Shown here piece by piece: positions 17,201 through 26,289 of a DNA stretch of 64,000 nt. Made by a program: the position numbers and the translations under genes. The stretch spans positions 62,001 to 126,000 of the IMG/VR virus record IMGVR_UViG_3300027708_000012; one strand, given 5' to 3'. The notes beneath the pieces are model-generated. The model did not search any database, was not told the origin of the DNA, and saw only the letters and a list, made by a program, of their open reading frames with translations. Within the stretch, counting starts at the first letter, position 1; each line of letters begins with the position of its first letter.

Positions 17201-19905
17201 TATCCGCCTACAATAAGGATACTATTAAAATTAGCAGCATTACTAACAGTATATATTCCAGCACCGCCTGGAGTACCCGAAACTTGCGCGGTAATTTGTG
17301 TTGGCAATGTACAAACAGGACTACTAATGTACATACCAATTGAAATTGGATTGCTGCCACTAACCATAGAAGTCACAGTTAGTATTGTACCAGATCCGCC
17401 ACTTCCGTTATTAATAGATCCATTAAAGCTAGAAGTTATCGGAGATGGCTGAACTATTGTAGTTCTTAATTCGTCTCCAACTAGTGCTGTGTTTTCTGGT
17501 ACACTAATTGGAAGTATTTCTTGATAAGTGCCTGTTTTAATAAAAATTGTAGCAGTCAGTCCTTGATTTGCTGGAGGAATGTTTGTGGTAGTTTGATTTG
17601 TTAACGCATATATTATAATATTTGTTAAATTTGTAACCAAAGAAGCTGCACTTGTTTCTGCAGTGTAGCTAAGATTAATAGTTTGATTAATTGCGGACCC
17701 TACAACCGATGGTGTACCGCCTATAAACGAATCAACTACTGTACTTAAAAAAGTTACACTACTGGTTGTTACAGTAGAAACAGTATATGTTCCATTATAA
17801 GTAGATGGGATAACACCGCTTACTGTTATAGTTTCGCCTATTGAAAACGGTTCAGTAATTTGCGTAGCAAACGATATTACTACTTGCACTCCAGATGATG
17901 TTATATTTGTAATTGCCAATGACGTTGAAGAAACATTATTAGCTGATTGATAGCTTGTTGCTGGAGCAGTATTATTAACAGCATTTAATAACAATGTCTG
18001 GAGATAATTTAGTGCCGCTATAAAATAAGGCATTTCACTTGCCACAGTTGTATTAATAAATGTATTAGTTCCAGGAATAAAATATGCAGATGCTGCCGCT
18101 ACTGTCTGACTATTTCCGCCTCGACCCATGTCGTAAACAAGTGCGTCTACAATATATTCGGCATCGCGTTGCGTTTTTTGAGGATCGTATGACGAACTAG
18201 TTGTAAACGGACTTAAATTATTTTTATTTTGATAAATCATCCAGTTATACATTTCTGCCACAGCCCATGCTTTATTGGCTTTCAGCAAATAATTGGCATT
18301 TGTATACAATGTACCGGCGGCAACTTGGGCGCAAGCATATGCAATAGTTTTCCAAGGAGAATTTATAGTAGTACCGTTAGTAAGACTGTCAGTTCCTGTG
18401 GTGTTTGATACGTAGTATACACCTGGTACAGCACCAAAGTTAGACCATGAAGGATCTGTTCCTGTTGATTTTAAAACATTACCGTATGTGCCAATCAATA
18501 AAGCCGAAGCTGGGTTAGATGATGCATATACTGGTAAATCTCCAACAGTTAGTAATCCATCAAACTCGTCACCTTGTACTAGTGTTTTCCACCATGTACT
18601 AGCTGAACCGGTATTACTCGGAGTGCTAGCAACTGATGACACGTGTCTGAGTATGCATTCAAAACTTGTTCCTTTATAAGAAACAACATCTCCAACGACA
18701 TATGTTGTAGTCGATGCCCAGATATTTTTCCAATATCTTCCTGGTACTACTACGGTCCAATATGTTCCGTTATCAGTTTCTATGCCAGCTGTTGTATCTT
18801 GTATTGCAACATATAGATATCCGTCTCTTCTAACTAGACTACCAATTTTATACGGTGTTGTATTATTCCATTCACCTTGTACGCTGTACTGTTGTGTTAG
18901 TAATAACCAATTGGCACTACTAGTGCTTGGTACGTTTCCTGTATTATTTGATATTTTGCTTGTATAAGTATAACCACCATAACGTACTACATCGCCTAAT
19001 TGATAGGTAGTTCCTATGACCCATGCATTTACAAATTCTTGGCCTGGAGTATATAGTGTCCAGTTTGAAGGATTAAATGTAGATGTTGATACATGATATG
19101 TACTGCAAATCCAAGCATTGGCACCATATGTAATTACGTCATTTGCTTTATAACGATAACTTGATCCGTTGTAAGTTGACAAATATTGAATACCGTTGTG
19201 TACTACTGTCCACTTGCTTAAATCATTTTCAAGACCTAAATATGTAGGTGTTGTGTAGGTAGCACTGGTGTGCCCGGTAGTACAACGATATAGTATACCG
19301 CCGTAACGTACTAAATCGTTAGCCTTATATGCTGTTGTTGGAGTCCAGTCTGTTTTCCAATCATCTGAAACACTAAATGTTGCCCATGATGATAAATTTA
19401 ATTCTAAGCCGCCTGATGGAGGTAATGCTGTTGCAGCACTGATATGTGCCGTTGTACAAATGTACAAGGTACCTCCATAGCGTACTACATCTTTGACTTT
19501 GTATTGTGTACCAACAGTCCAAACAGATTTCCAAGATTCTGTAATTGCATACGCTGTCCATGAACTTTGATTAGCTTCAAGACCGCCTGCAGATGCTAGC
19601 GAAGCTGAGCTTGCACTAGTATGATTTGTTGAACATATATAAACTATTCCACCGTAATTTACTATATCACCTGTTGAGTATATGGTGTTAGTGGTCCATG
19701 TATTTTTCCATGTATATCCATCAAACCATAGACTCCAATATGCACTGGCAAGGTCTGTATTAAAATTAGAAGTTGCAGTATTACCAATTAGACAAACATA
19801 ACTTTTTCCGCCGTACTGTACAATATCATCTTTAGTATAAGATGTAGATGCAACCCATGGGCCTTTCCATGTAAATCTAATTCTGCTTATTTGAAATTCA
19901 GTCAT
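14224..19905 (-). CDS. Giant tail-fibre/virion structural protein (1893 aa), paralogue of 6358-14175
   Basis: Same domain order: CBM-like repeats, SPYVQNVTTFGT block, propeller-like repeats, and the KYSQVRLTGHDFL.IGTGNFS.TNYP C-terminal block. Confidence 0.75.
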   Translation of the reverse strand: MTEFQISRIRFTWKGPWVASTSYTKDDIVQYGGKSYVCLIGNTATSNFNTDLASAYWSLWFDGYTWKNTWTTNTIYSTGDIVNYGGIVYICSTNHTSASSASLASAGGLEANQSSWTAYAITESWKSVWTVGTQYKVKDVVRYGGTLYICTTAHISAATALPPSGGLELNLSSWATFSVSDDWKTDWTPTTAYKANDLVRYGGILYRCTTGHTSATYTTPTYLGLENDLSKWTVVHNGIQYLSTYNGSSYRYKANDVITYGANAWICSTYHVSTSTFNPSNWTLYTPGQEFVNAWVIGTTYQLGDVVRYGGYTYTSKISNNTGNVPSTSSANWLLLTQQYSVQGEWNNTTPYKIGSLVRRDGYLYVAIQDTTAGIETDNGTYWTVVVPGRYWKNIWASTTTYVVGDVVSYKGTSFECILRHVSSVASTPSNTGSASTWWKTLVQGDEFDGLLTVGDLPVYASSNPASALLIGTYGNVLKSTGTDPSWSNFGAVPGVYYVSNTTGTDSLTNGTTINSPWKTIAYACAQVAAGTLYTNANYLLKANKAWAVAEMYNWMIYQNKNNLSPFTTSSSYDPQKTQRDAEYIVDALVYDMGRGGNSQTVAAASAYFIPGTNTFINTTVASEMPYFIAALNYLQTLLLNAVNNTAPATSYQSANNVSSTSLAITNITSSGVQVVISFATQITEPFSIGETITVSGVIPSTYNGTYTVSTVTTSSVTFLSTVVDSFIGGTPSVVGSAINQTINLSYTAETSAASLVTNLTNIIIYALTNQTTTNIPPANQGLTATIFIKTGTYQEILPISVPENTALVGDELRTTIVQPSPITSSFNGSINNGSGGSGTILTVTSMVSGSNPISIGMYISSPVCTLPTQITAQVSGTPGGAGIYTVSNAANFNSILIVGGYSTANMFYVRNGSGIRNMTLSGIVGVLQSPNIYRTSRPNAGAYVSLDPGTGPADSSVWIFRKSPYVQNVTTFGTACVGMKIDGTLHNGGNKSIVANDFTQVLSDGIGCWCTGSGALTELVSVFTYYNAVGYLADAGGRIRATNGNCSYGTYGAIAEGYDNTEIPLTPVVNNRATQAQVAEVFAGQAQNKILALEFSNFGQNYTTASYSFTGAGTGVSVIADEFRDNAIFETRITGTSIAAGGNGYLTAGNNAQGGTSSTIIFASNDQNLPANYLGLRVFITSGTGVGQYGYIQSYNTSTKTATIYADSTSLAGWDNILPGTPIASTLDSTTVYSVEARVVFSDPAYTSTSGVLPIASSWSSIVYSNGYYVSVDQSGNSLYSTNGTSWTSTFINAAVYTSLAAGKISGTTYYVTVAAGATTVAYSTTPGVWIQSTLPISDLWSSVAYGNNKFIAIGATYTAYTTTGTVWIQNGSLPSTTTWCGVVYGSGPATWVAVAGQSVSTTTAAYSTNDGGTWTLTTMPVSAVWTSVSYGNGRFVAIASGGTVSAYSFDGITWIASNGLPSTQNWSKVSYAQGLFFAVALSSTIGATSQDGLNWITRLLPQVSNWVGIAFGNPTIGGLVTPRWVAITGGAGQSTSLTSIITAGATARGRTVVASGKISSIRMWEPGSSYSSTPTATITDPNIALSSGTAATTLCRTATGVLGNPSFTNRGNGYQTSTTKCTLTGDGFADSYQISSYLTLNNLASLPAVGSNLVITGVSTVYKIVLNYTSLVGGVATLQVTPDIDRSISPIHGQGVTIRQKYSQVRLTGHDFLLIGTGNFSSTNYPNVDVRTANETFQTVENNTGRVFYTSTNQDGNFNVGGLFAVQQASGIVTLAASVVNIGGITSLTLLGSPTITVNSFSTDAYFLQNSDVVVPTQKAIKAYLSRNIANGGSNAFTALLTAGVTAIGNQRIYNTAGGSVKMAKKVLITKGINGNMPAMTMFLKSGFDFT
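16982..17079. repeat. 98-bp exact direct repeat, copy 2
   Basis: Identical to 10460-10557. Confidence 0.9.
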
Positions 19906-19931
19906 TGTTTATCTCTTGTTAATTAGTAGTT

Positions 19932-20288
19932 TTATACACCTGTTGGGTATGAATATGCTTGATTAACTCTAGCTACAAATTGCCCAGTAGTTTGATCTAA
20001 ATAATAGTTAATATTGGCGTCAGCCCATCGATATTGTTCGTAATTTAAATTACCAAATACTAAATTATGATTAACATCTCTGCCTTCAAAAAAATCTACG
20101 CCTTCAGCAAATTGTATAAAATTATTTGCAGAATCACCTGCATTGTTAATTGTTACAGAATCGCTTCCTTGGATCATGTCAACTTTTTGAATGTATAAAT
20201 CGCCTGCATCAGTTCTACGCAAACCGTAAAAGTATCGAGGTGTTCCACCTAATAGTCCACTTGAATTATCTTGTCCAATATAGCTCAT
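19932..20288 (-). CDS. Hypothetical protein in the fibre operon
   Basis: 118-aa ORF packed tightly in the operon, with AGGA upstream. Confidence 0.6.
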   Translation of the reverse strand: MSYIGQDNSSGLLGGTPRYFYGLRRTDAGDLYIQKVDMIQGSDSVTINNAGDSANNFIQFAEGVDFFEGRDVNHNLVFGNLNYEQYRWADANINYYLDQTTGQFVARVNQAYSYPTGV

Positions 20289-20299
20289 AATTTTATTCC

Positions 20300-20647
20300 T
20301 TAACTAATCTCTACCCAGCTCATTACTACATCTAAACTATTATCTGTATTAGCTGTCATAACAACAGCCGTACTAGCTGCTAATATTAATTTTTCGCCGC
20401 CGTTAATAACTCGTAAACTTTGATAAGGAGGTACTATAATATTGCGCAAGTAATATGCTGTAGTTGCAACACCAAATCCGCCACCATTTGGGTCAGTAAG
20501 TTTTATGCTAATTGTTACAGGATCAGCTGTTATGTTTGTAACGCTCATACCAATAATAGTAGTCGTGGCTGATGCATTTGATGTTAACACCGTGGTAGGT
20601 GTTGTACCTAAATTTGCCGCTAATACATTTTTAAAAACTGATGTCAT
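20300..20647 (-). CDS. Small beta-rich virion/fibre-associated protein (paralogue family A)
   Basis: TTVLT...TTIIGMSVTN...YYLRNIIVPP..SL....GEKLIL pattern shared with 6021-6344 and 23505-23849. Confidence 0.6.
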   Translation of the reverse strand: MTSVFKNVLAANLGTTPTTVLTSNASATTTIIGMSVTNITADPVTISIKLTDPNGGGFGVATTAYYLRNIIVPPYQSLRVINGGEKLILAASTAVVMTANTDNSLDVVMSWVEIS

Positions 20648-20653
20648 TATTCT

Positions 20654-21709
20654 TTATCCAAATGTTAAAACTGTTGCAATTCCAATATCAGATGCTGCAC
20701 TACTAGTTATGCCTCCGTTATTTCCCGCAACACTAGCCCATGCAGCACCGTTATAAACTTCTACTCCTTGACTCACGGTATTAAATCGAATCATACCAAT
20801 CTCATCTAAGATAAGCGGAGGTCTATCAGCATTATCTCCGACCGGTATAACTAAACCATACGATCCACCAAATTTATAATACCCGTTGCCAGTTGAAACA
20901 AAATTAGTAACAGCACCTATTACAGTGTTTGTAATATTATTATTACTAAAAGCTAAATTACTTAAAACTACGTTTCCGGCACCGTTAGGCGTTAAATTAA
21001 TATCGGTGTCAGTTGTATATGTACTTATCGTATTTCCGGTGATTTCTAAATCCGAAGTTTTTAAATCGGATGTGGCAACAGAAGTACTGATAACATTGTC
21101 AGAATTGGCGGTTCCAACATATATATTTTTCCATTTTAAACTAAGAGATCCTAGACTATGGGTATTATTTGTGTTAGGTAAAATATCGCTGTTAATTTCA
21201 GCATCAAATGTTACAGTATCAGTAGATGCATTTCCTAGAGTAATATTACCATCTGCAGTTATATCACCAGTGGCATGCAAGTTTCCGTTGACAAGAGTAT
21301 TACTGTTTAATTTAATTTTGCCTGTGCCACTAGGGCTTACATTAATGTCAACATTAGTTCCAACACTACTAATAGTATTTGTAGCAATATTTAAACTGCC
21401 TACGCTGATTTTTCCTTGATAAACTACAGCATTTGTACCGCTAGGAGTAAGATTAATTGTATTATCTGAACTACTTAAAGTATTACCACTAAAGGTAAAA
21501 GTAGCTAGTTTGGCACTTGTAGTTGCTATTAAATTGGTAGTACGGATCGTGCCATTGACATCTAAGTCGTATTGTGGCGAGGCTGTGTTAATACCGACAC
21601 GGCTATGATTAACATCTAAGTAAAGAAGGCTCGTCTCAAAAGCTAAATCTACTCCGTCGCGAAGCAAATTATCTTTTAAGAGCGGACCCGAAATTCGACC
21701 AACAGCCAT
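20654..21709 (-). CDS. Fibre/virion structural protein (paralogue family B)
   Basis: N-terminus GRISGPLL.DNL.R.G.DLAFET.LLY.DV is shared with 21854-22930. Contains beta-repeats (NTIS....DINLTP.G.G) and a C-terminal LVIPVG...RP...GMIRFN motif. Confidence 0.65.
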   Translation of the reverse strand: MAVGRISGPLLKDNLLRDGVDLAFETSLLYLDVNHSRVGINTASPQYDLDVNGTIRTTNLIATTSAKLATFTFSGNTLSSSDNTINLTPSGTNAVVYQGKISVGSLNIATNTISSVGTNVDINVSPSGTGKIKLNSNTLVNGNLHATGDITADGNITLGNASTDTVTFDAEINSDILPNTNNTHSLGSLSLKWKNIYVGTANSDNVISTSVATSDLKTSDLEITGNTISTYTTDTDINLTPNGAGNVVLSNLAFSNNNITNTVIGAVTNFVSTGNGYYKFGGSYGLVIPVGDNADRPPLILDEIGMIRFNTVSQGVEVYNGAAWASVAGNNGGITSSAASDIGIATVLTFG

Positions 21710-21836
21710 TTACGCTCCCGTATACCCCGTGTTTCACGGTTAACCTAGTTTGAGATCACTCTCGCATCCTTTCGGCTCTTTGTCGGTTTACCACAGTTGA
21801 ATATCGTAAAACCTTGGTCAGATTTTACAGTAATAG
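21710..21836 (-). promoter_or_regulatory. Structured 5' leader RNA candidate
   Basis: About 127 nt between a TATAAATA promoter and the ATG, with several hairpins (two with GNRA loops) abutting the GGGAG SD. Confidence 0.5.
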
Positions 21837-21844
21837 TATTTATA
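21837..21844 (-). promoter_or_regulatory. T4 late promoter (perfect TATAAATA)
   Basis: Exact T4 gp55 consensus in an intergenic region. Confidence 0.75.
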
Positions 21845-21853
21845 GGATTTTGG

Positions 21854-22930
21854 TTATAACCCTAGCATAAGGGTATAAATTAGTACTTCCTCTGAGTAAG
21901 TTGTTTGGTTAGCAATACCTCCTGGAGGGCCTTGCCAACTGATCCAGCCGTTATCTGTTGTGTATACCTGTCCAGTATTAAGTGTTGGATTAAAACGTAT
22001 GGTTCCAACTTCAGGAGTATAATTTGTAGCATCGCCCAGTGGAATTACTACCGCACCAACATCGCCTGTTGTAAATTTATAAAGACCCTTTATAGGCAAA
22101 TCAGCAGACTGTGCAAATGTAAGTACAGTTCCGGATGTATTACTGATTGTATTATCCTTAAATGTTAAAAAATTATTTAAATTTACTACACCAGCTCCAT
22201 TGGGGCTAAACACAACTGAACTATCAGGAGTTATATTGTAAATTTGATTATTTGTTAAGTGTACCGATCCAATTGTAATATCATTAGATGATAATCTGTT
22301 GTTGATATTAGTTAATGTTGCATATAAATTAGTTGAGTATTCTGCCAACCATTGATTATTTGTATATCCAAGATTGTCTTTTAACGTTTCACTTGGTAAG
22401 ATATCACTTGCAACTTCAGCGTCAAATGTTACTGTATCAGTTGGTTCATTACCAAACGTGATATTTCCATCAAAGGTAATACTACCGGTAGCATGTAAAT
22501 CTCCAGTGATATAAACATCGTTGTTTAAGTTTATACTACCGGTTGCTGTAAAATTAATATCGTCGCTTGTAAGCGTACTTTGTATACAGGTTGTATTAAA
22601 ATTTAAATTAGCAGTACTTAATGTCGGAACAACAATTGTAGGGTCGCTAGACTGGTCAGGAGATATAGTAATTGATCCAGTTGTAGCACTTATAGTGTTA
22701 GTATTGACAACAAAATTGGCAAAATCAGCTTCGGTATCAATTCGTACTATTGGAGCATTCGTGGTACTGTTTACAAAAAGATCAGTTGTAGGAGAGTTAA
22801 AATTAATACCAATGCGATTATTGGTAACATCAAAATATAAAAGATTTGTTTCAAATGCGAGATCAATTCCGTTACGCTTTAGATTATCTGCTAATAACGG
22901 ACCGCTTATTCTACCTAGTTCTCGCCCCAT
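21854..22930 (-). CDS. Fibre/virion structural protein (paralogue family B)
   Basis: Shares its N-terminus, the TDTVTFDAE..SDILP block and the C-terminal GTIRFN motif with 20654-21709. AGGAG SD. Confidence 0.65.
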   Translation of the reverse strand: MGRELGRISGPLLADNLKRNGIDLAFETNLLYFDVTNNRIGINFNSPTTDLFVNSTTNAPIVRIDTEADFANFVVNTNTISATTGSITISPDQSSDPTIVVPTLSTANLNFNTTCIQSTLTSDDINFTATGSINLNNDVYITGDLHATGSITFDGNITFGNEPTDTVTFDAEVASDILPSETLKDNLGYTNNQWLAEYSTNLYATLTNINNRLSSNDITIGSVHLTNNQIYNITPDSSVVFSPNGAGVVNLNNFLTFKDNTISNTSGTVLTFAQSADLPIKGLYKFTTGDVGAVVIPLGDATNYTPEVGTIRFNPTLNTGQVYTTDNGWISWQGPPGGIANQTTYSEEVLIYTLMLGL

Positions 22931-22945
22931 GGTAGACTCCTTGTA

Positions 22946-23503
22946 TTACTGGTCAAAACCATGTAATACAGTAACAACTTTTCCTAGTGGAACTGGACTA
23001 CTGAAGAATATATAATATCCTGTTGTATATGCTCCTGGATGATGTATAGTGGGCGCTGGGTTTTGTACTATTGTATAGTTTGTTACGCTTATTTGAATAA
23101 CATTTTCAACAATAACTAAAATATTTTTAGCCATTTGTACCATGTCCCAAGTCATGTCACTTTGTGTACTAGCATACGAAATAGGGGACGGAGTTAACGG
23201 GCCAAAATAGACTTCGTCGGCATCACCTGTACCAAGCGTTTGTTGCGTGATTAAACCAGGTTCTTTAAATCTTAGACTTCTCCAAGTTCCGCTTTGATAC
23301 ACTTGTACTTGATTATGGTCAACATTATAACGCATCATTCCATTTACTGGATTGCCTGGAATTTGTGCATCTGTTCCTTGCGGTAATACTAGACTACCAG
23401 AGTTTCTAGGATTAACATAGACGTTGGCATCGGCCGCATCTGAGTATACCGTTGTACTTTGCGGAATCCTACGATTTATATTTTGACGCTTGAGATATCG
23501 CAT
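22946..23503 (-). CDS. Virion structural protein (LVLPQGT...GMMRYN motif)
   Basis: 185 aa; the motif is related to the C-termini of the family B proteins. Confidence 0.55.
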   Translation of the reverse strand: MRYLKRQNINRRIPQSTTVYSDAADANVYVNPRNSGSLVLPQGTDAQIPGNPVNGMMRYNVDHNQVQVYQSGTWRSLRFKEPGLITQQTLGTGDADEVYFGPLTPSPISYASTQSDMTWDMVQMAKNILVIVENVIQISVTNYTIVQNPAPTIHHPGAYTTGYYIFFSSPVPLGKVVTVLHGFDQ

Positions 23504-23504
23504 G

Positions 23505-23849
23505 TTATACTGGAATCCAACTTACTAGTACAGTTAGCATATTTGACACGTTACTAGAAACTACCAGTGTGTCGTTATTGCCAAATACTAATTTTTCTTG
23601 ATCAAAACTTACAGTTTCACCACCTGGCACAGCCAGTGCGTTGACAATTTGATTGCTTGTACTCGGAGATCCAACTGCTCCTGCATCATTGGGCACAGCC
23701 CACATACTTATTACAGCGGTATCATCATTGCCAGTATTGCAAATCATAATACATGTAATGGCATTTCCAGTGATTGGAGCAACCGTTACTCCTGTAAATG
23801 CTGTATAAGATGTACTACTAGTTGTTATTCTTGTTGTTGAAATTGCCAT
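23505..23849 (-). CDS. Small beta-rich virion/fibre-associated protein (paralogue family A)
   Basis: AITCIMICN...VPGGETVSFDQEKLVF.NND pattern. Confidence 0.6.
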   Translation of the reverse strand: MAISTTRITTSSTSYTAFTGVTVAPITGNAITCIMICNTGNDDTAVISMWAVPNDAGAVGSPSTSNQIVNALAVPGGETVSFDQEKLVFGNNDTLVVSSNVSNMLTVLVSWIPV

Positions 23850-23858
23850 TATATTTCC

Positions 23859-24851
23859 TTATAGTAAAATACTTAGTGCTACTGCACGTCTTCTACTAAT
23901 TAATTCGTCCGGCGTCTGCGCGGCTTGATTATTTGTAAAGTACAAACCTGTGCCGCCAGCACCTACAGTACTACTAGAATATAATTTTGTATTGCCTGAC
24001 GAATAAGCAGGTGTGTTCCAAGTCTGATCATCCAATGCTAAGACAGTAGCAACTTCTACAGAGTATCCAGATGATGTTGTCAGTACAAGATTATGTGCTC
24101 CAGTATTTGTAATTGTATTTTGATAAGCGTTTATATTATCAATAGACAAGCCGCCTGCATCTAACCTAGCACGAGTTAATTGAGAGATTTGAAATACAAT
24201 ACTGGATCCAAACGCTTCAATACTACTTGTTGAACTACCAATTCCTCCAGAAATAGGAAAATAAATTCTATCTACAGTGGCCACTCCGCCGCTAGCTGCA
24301 ACATAGTTATACAAATATTTTCTGTTAATAAGATCGTTATCATTATTAACATTGTTTTCATAGCCGCCACTAGCATTTGCTACTCGTATCACATTAGTAG
24401 AATTTTGCATGTCAAATACAAAGTCAGTTGTACCTGAGTTAGCAATGCTAGCTACTTGTAGTCCGCTTAATTTTCCGTCAGCGGTTCGCATGACAAAAGT
24501 ACCGTTGACAGTTGTTGAAGTTATCGGATCATAGTGTGGTACTTGCTCGCTAAAAATAACCTGAGCTGCACTATAAGATCCTCGTAAAATTTCAACACCG
24601 GATATGTATGCATTAGCTGCACTAATACCGTTTCCAGTTTGTCCTACATTTAATTGTAAAATGTTATCTCTAATCTGTGTATTTTGAGTTTCAATATAGG
24701 AATTCGTGCCTTTAACATCAAGATTACCTAAAATAGTAACTGTACCATATTTAAGAGTAGTGGTGTTCCACTGCGTGTCTAAAATAATGTTGCCATTAGG
24801 TTGAACACGCAGTATATAATCACCATCACTAACATTTACGACTTTTGTCAT
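23859..24851 (-). CDS. Virion structural/fibre-like protein
   Basis: 330 aa. VTILGNLDVKG...IRDNILQLN.G...SGVEI.RG is a beta-repeat pattern seen in phage fibre proteins. Confidence 0.55.
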   Translation of the reverse strand: MTKVVNVSDGDYILRVQPNGNIILDTQWNTTTLKYGTVTILGNLDVKGTNSYIETQNTQIRDNILQLNVGQTGNGISAANAYISGVEILRGSYSAAQVIFSEQVPHYDPITSTTVNGTFVMRTADGKLSGLQVASIANSGTTDFVFDMQNSTNVIRVANASGGYENNVNNDNDLINRKYLYNYVAASGGVATVDRIYFPISGGIGSSTSSIEAFGSSIVFQISQLTRARLDAGGLSIDNINAYQNTITNTGAHNLVLTTSSGYSVEVATVLALDDQTWNTPAYSSGNTKLYSSSTVGAGGTGLYFTNNQAAQTPDELISRRRAVALSILL

Positions 24852-24863
24852 TAATTTTCTCTA

Positions 24864-26198
24864 TTAAGCGTTTTCGATCTTTACATAACCAGCTGAAGCA
24901 TTTGCTTGACCTTCAAAGAACTTCCAAGGTACAGCTCGGCCAGCGGCAAACAATGCGCCAGCTGATTTGCTTAAACGAACACATGCAAATGGATAAACAA
25001 CTGCTTTGCGAGCTGTTAATTTCTTAACAAGATATGAACCGCCGTCTGCATCAAATGCCCAGATGTTCATTTGTGTGCCTTCGGCACCAACAAAACTGCT
25101 GCCAGCAACACCGTCAACTTTTAATTTACCAATAACATATCCTGTATCGCTATTACCAGTGTCATTTGAATTGATACGATAACGATCTGTTGAAACTTGT
25201 TTAATAATATCAACTTCTTCCAAACCAGCTACCCAAGCATAAGCAATAATAGCGTTTTCTTGATTGGTTGCTGAGCCAACATTTCCGCTATCAGTTGTTA
25301 AAACCATAGTACCAGTAGCACGAGTTTCGCTGTTTCCACCAACTGCGGATGAAAATGTAACTGGTTCTATTCCAGTGTAACCAGAGCCTTTTTCACTTAC
25401 AGTAATTGTTTTAACACCGTAGTATACATCCAATGTGCATCCAGCTGCTGAACTTGCTGACAAATCTGCATGTGTCACTGTAGTTGCTGATGCACCACTA
25501 GTAACTGCTGTATAATCGCCTTGTTGTAACACTGTTACATCTTTAACACCCCAAGTAAAGTTACAAGTAAATCCTTGACCACCCAATGAGTTTACATGTG
25601 TTACTGTGCCTGTTGGTGGAGTAGTACCGTTGTAAGTGCCACGGTTTGTAAAAGTTACTCCAGTTACTGGACCAAGAGCACCGCCACCACTGATGGCTGC
25701 CACAGCTAGTACAACGCCATTGGCAAAGTTTAATGGATCTCCAACAGCATAACCGTTTGTTCCGTCATTGCCTGCAACAATACTCACTTGAGAAACTTCC
25801 AAATTGCCAACTGTGAATTTTGCTGGAGTTATATTTGTACCAACTAGTGTTAAAATATCACCAGTTAAGTAGTCTGCGCCAGGGCCAGTACCGTCAGTAT
25901 TTACTACACCGTGAACTGCTTGCACATGACTTACGGTGGCAACAGCTGCCACTCCGTTAGCGATAGTAGGTGGTGCTATTGAGATTGTGGGGATTCTTTC
26001 CAAGTATGCACCGCTGCCGTATGATGTATCAGCTACCGATGCGCCAAATGTAACTCCTGCAAAGCCTTCGCCGCCAATGTGGTCATCACCATCATTTATT
26101 TCAGTGTCAGTATTTGAAATACCGTGTTGTGTTGTTTGATAGCCGCCAGTGCCTATGTTGCGGTTACCAAAATATTTTTTATTTAAAGGACGTCCCAT
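24864..26198 (-). CDS. Virion structural protein (possible head-decoration or fibre protein)
   Basis: 444 aa, Gly/Thr/Val-rich, strong AAGGAG SD, its own late promoter and a structured leader; two genes downstream of the capsid gene. Confidence 0.55.
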   Translation of the reverse strand: MGRPLNKKYFGNRNIGTGGYQTTQHGISNTDTEINDGDDHIGGEGFAGVTFGASVADTSYGSGAYLERIPTISIAPPTIANGVAAVATVSHVQAVHGVVNTDGTGPGADYLTGDILTLVGTNITPAKFTVGNLEVSQVSIVAGNDGTNGYAVGDPLNFANGVVLAVAAISGGGALGPVTGVTFTNRGTYNGTTPPTGTVTHVNSLGGQGFTCNFTWGVKDVTVLQQGDYTAVTSGASATTVTHADLSASSAAGCTLDVYYGVKTITVSEKGSGYTGIEPVTFSSAVGGNSETRATGTMVLTTDSGNVGSATNQENAIIAYAWVAGLEEVDIIKQVSTDRYRINSNDTGNSDTGYVIGKLKVDGVAGSSFVGAEGTQMNIWAFDADGGSYLVKKLTARKAVVYPFACVRLSKSAGALFAAGRAVPWKFFEGQANASAGYVKIENA

Positions 26199-26220
26199 TT
26201 TATTTTCTCCTTAAGAAAAG

Positions 26221-26276
26221 TGGCGTTCTAGGCCATACGCGGTTGGATTTCCGCATAAAACTCACCCCATGTGAGT
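26221..26276 (-). promoter_or_regulatory. Three tandem hairpins in the 5' UTR
   Basis: ACTCAC/GTGAGT, TATGCGG/CCGCGTA and TGGC/GCCA stems lie between the promoter CATAAATA (26287-26294) and the SD. Confidence 0.5.
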
Positions 26277-26289
26277 CATTACTTTGTAT

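Noticed and set aside
21745-21795. c-di-GMP-I riboswitch (GGUAAACC...GAAA...GGAUGC resemblance)
   Set aside because: The P2 stem length and P3/receptor elements do not fit the consensus; kept only as an unclassified structured leader.
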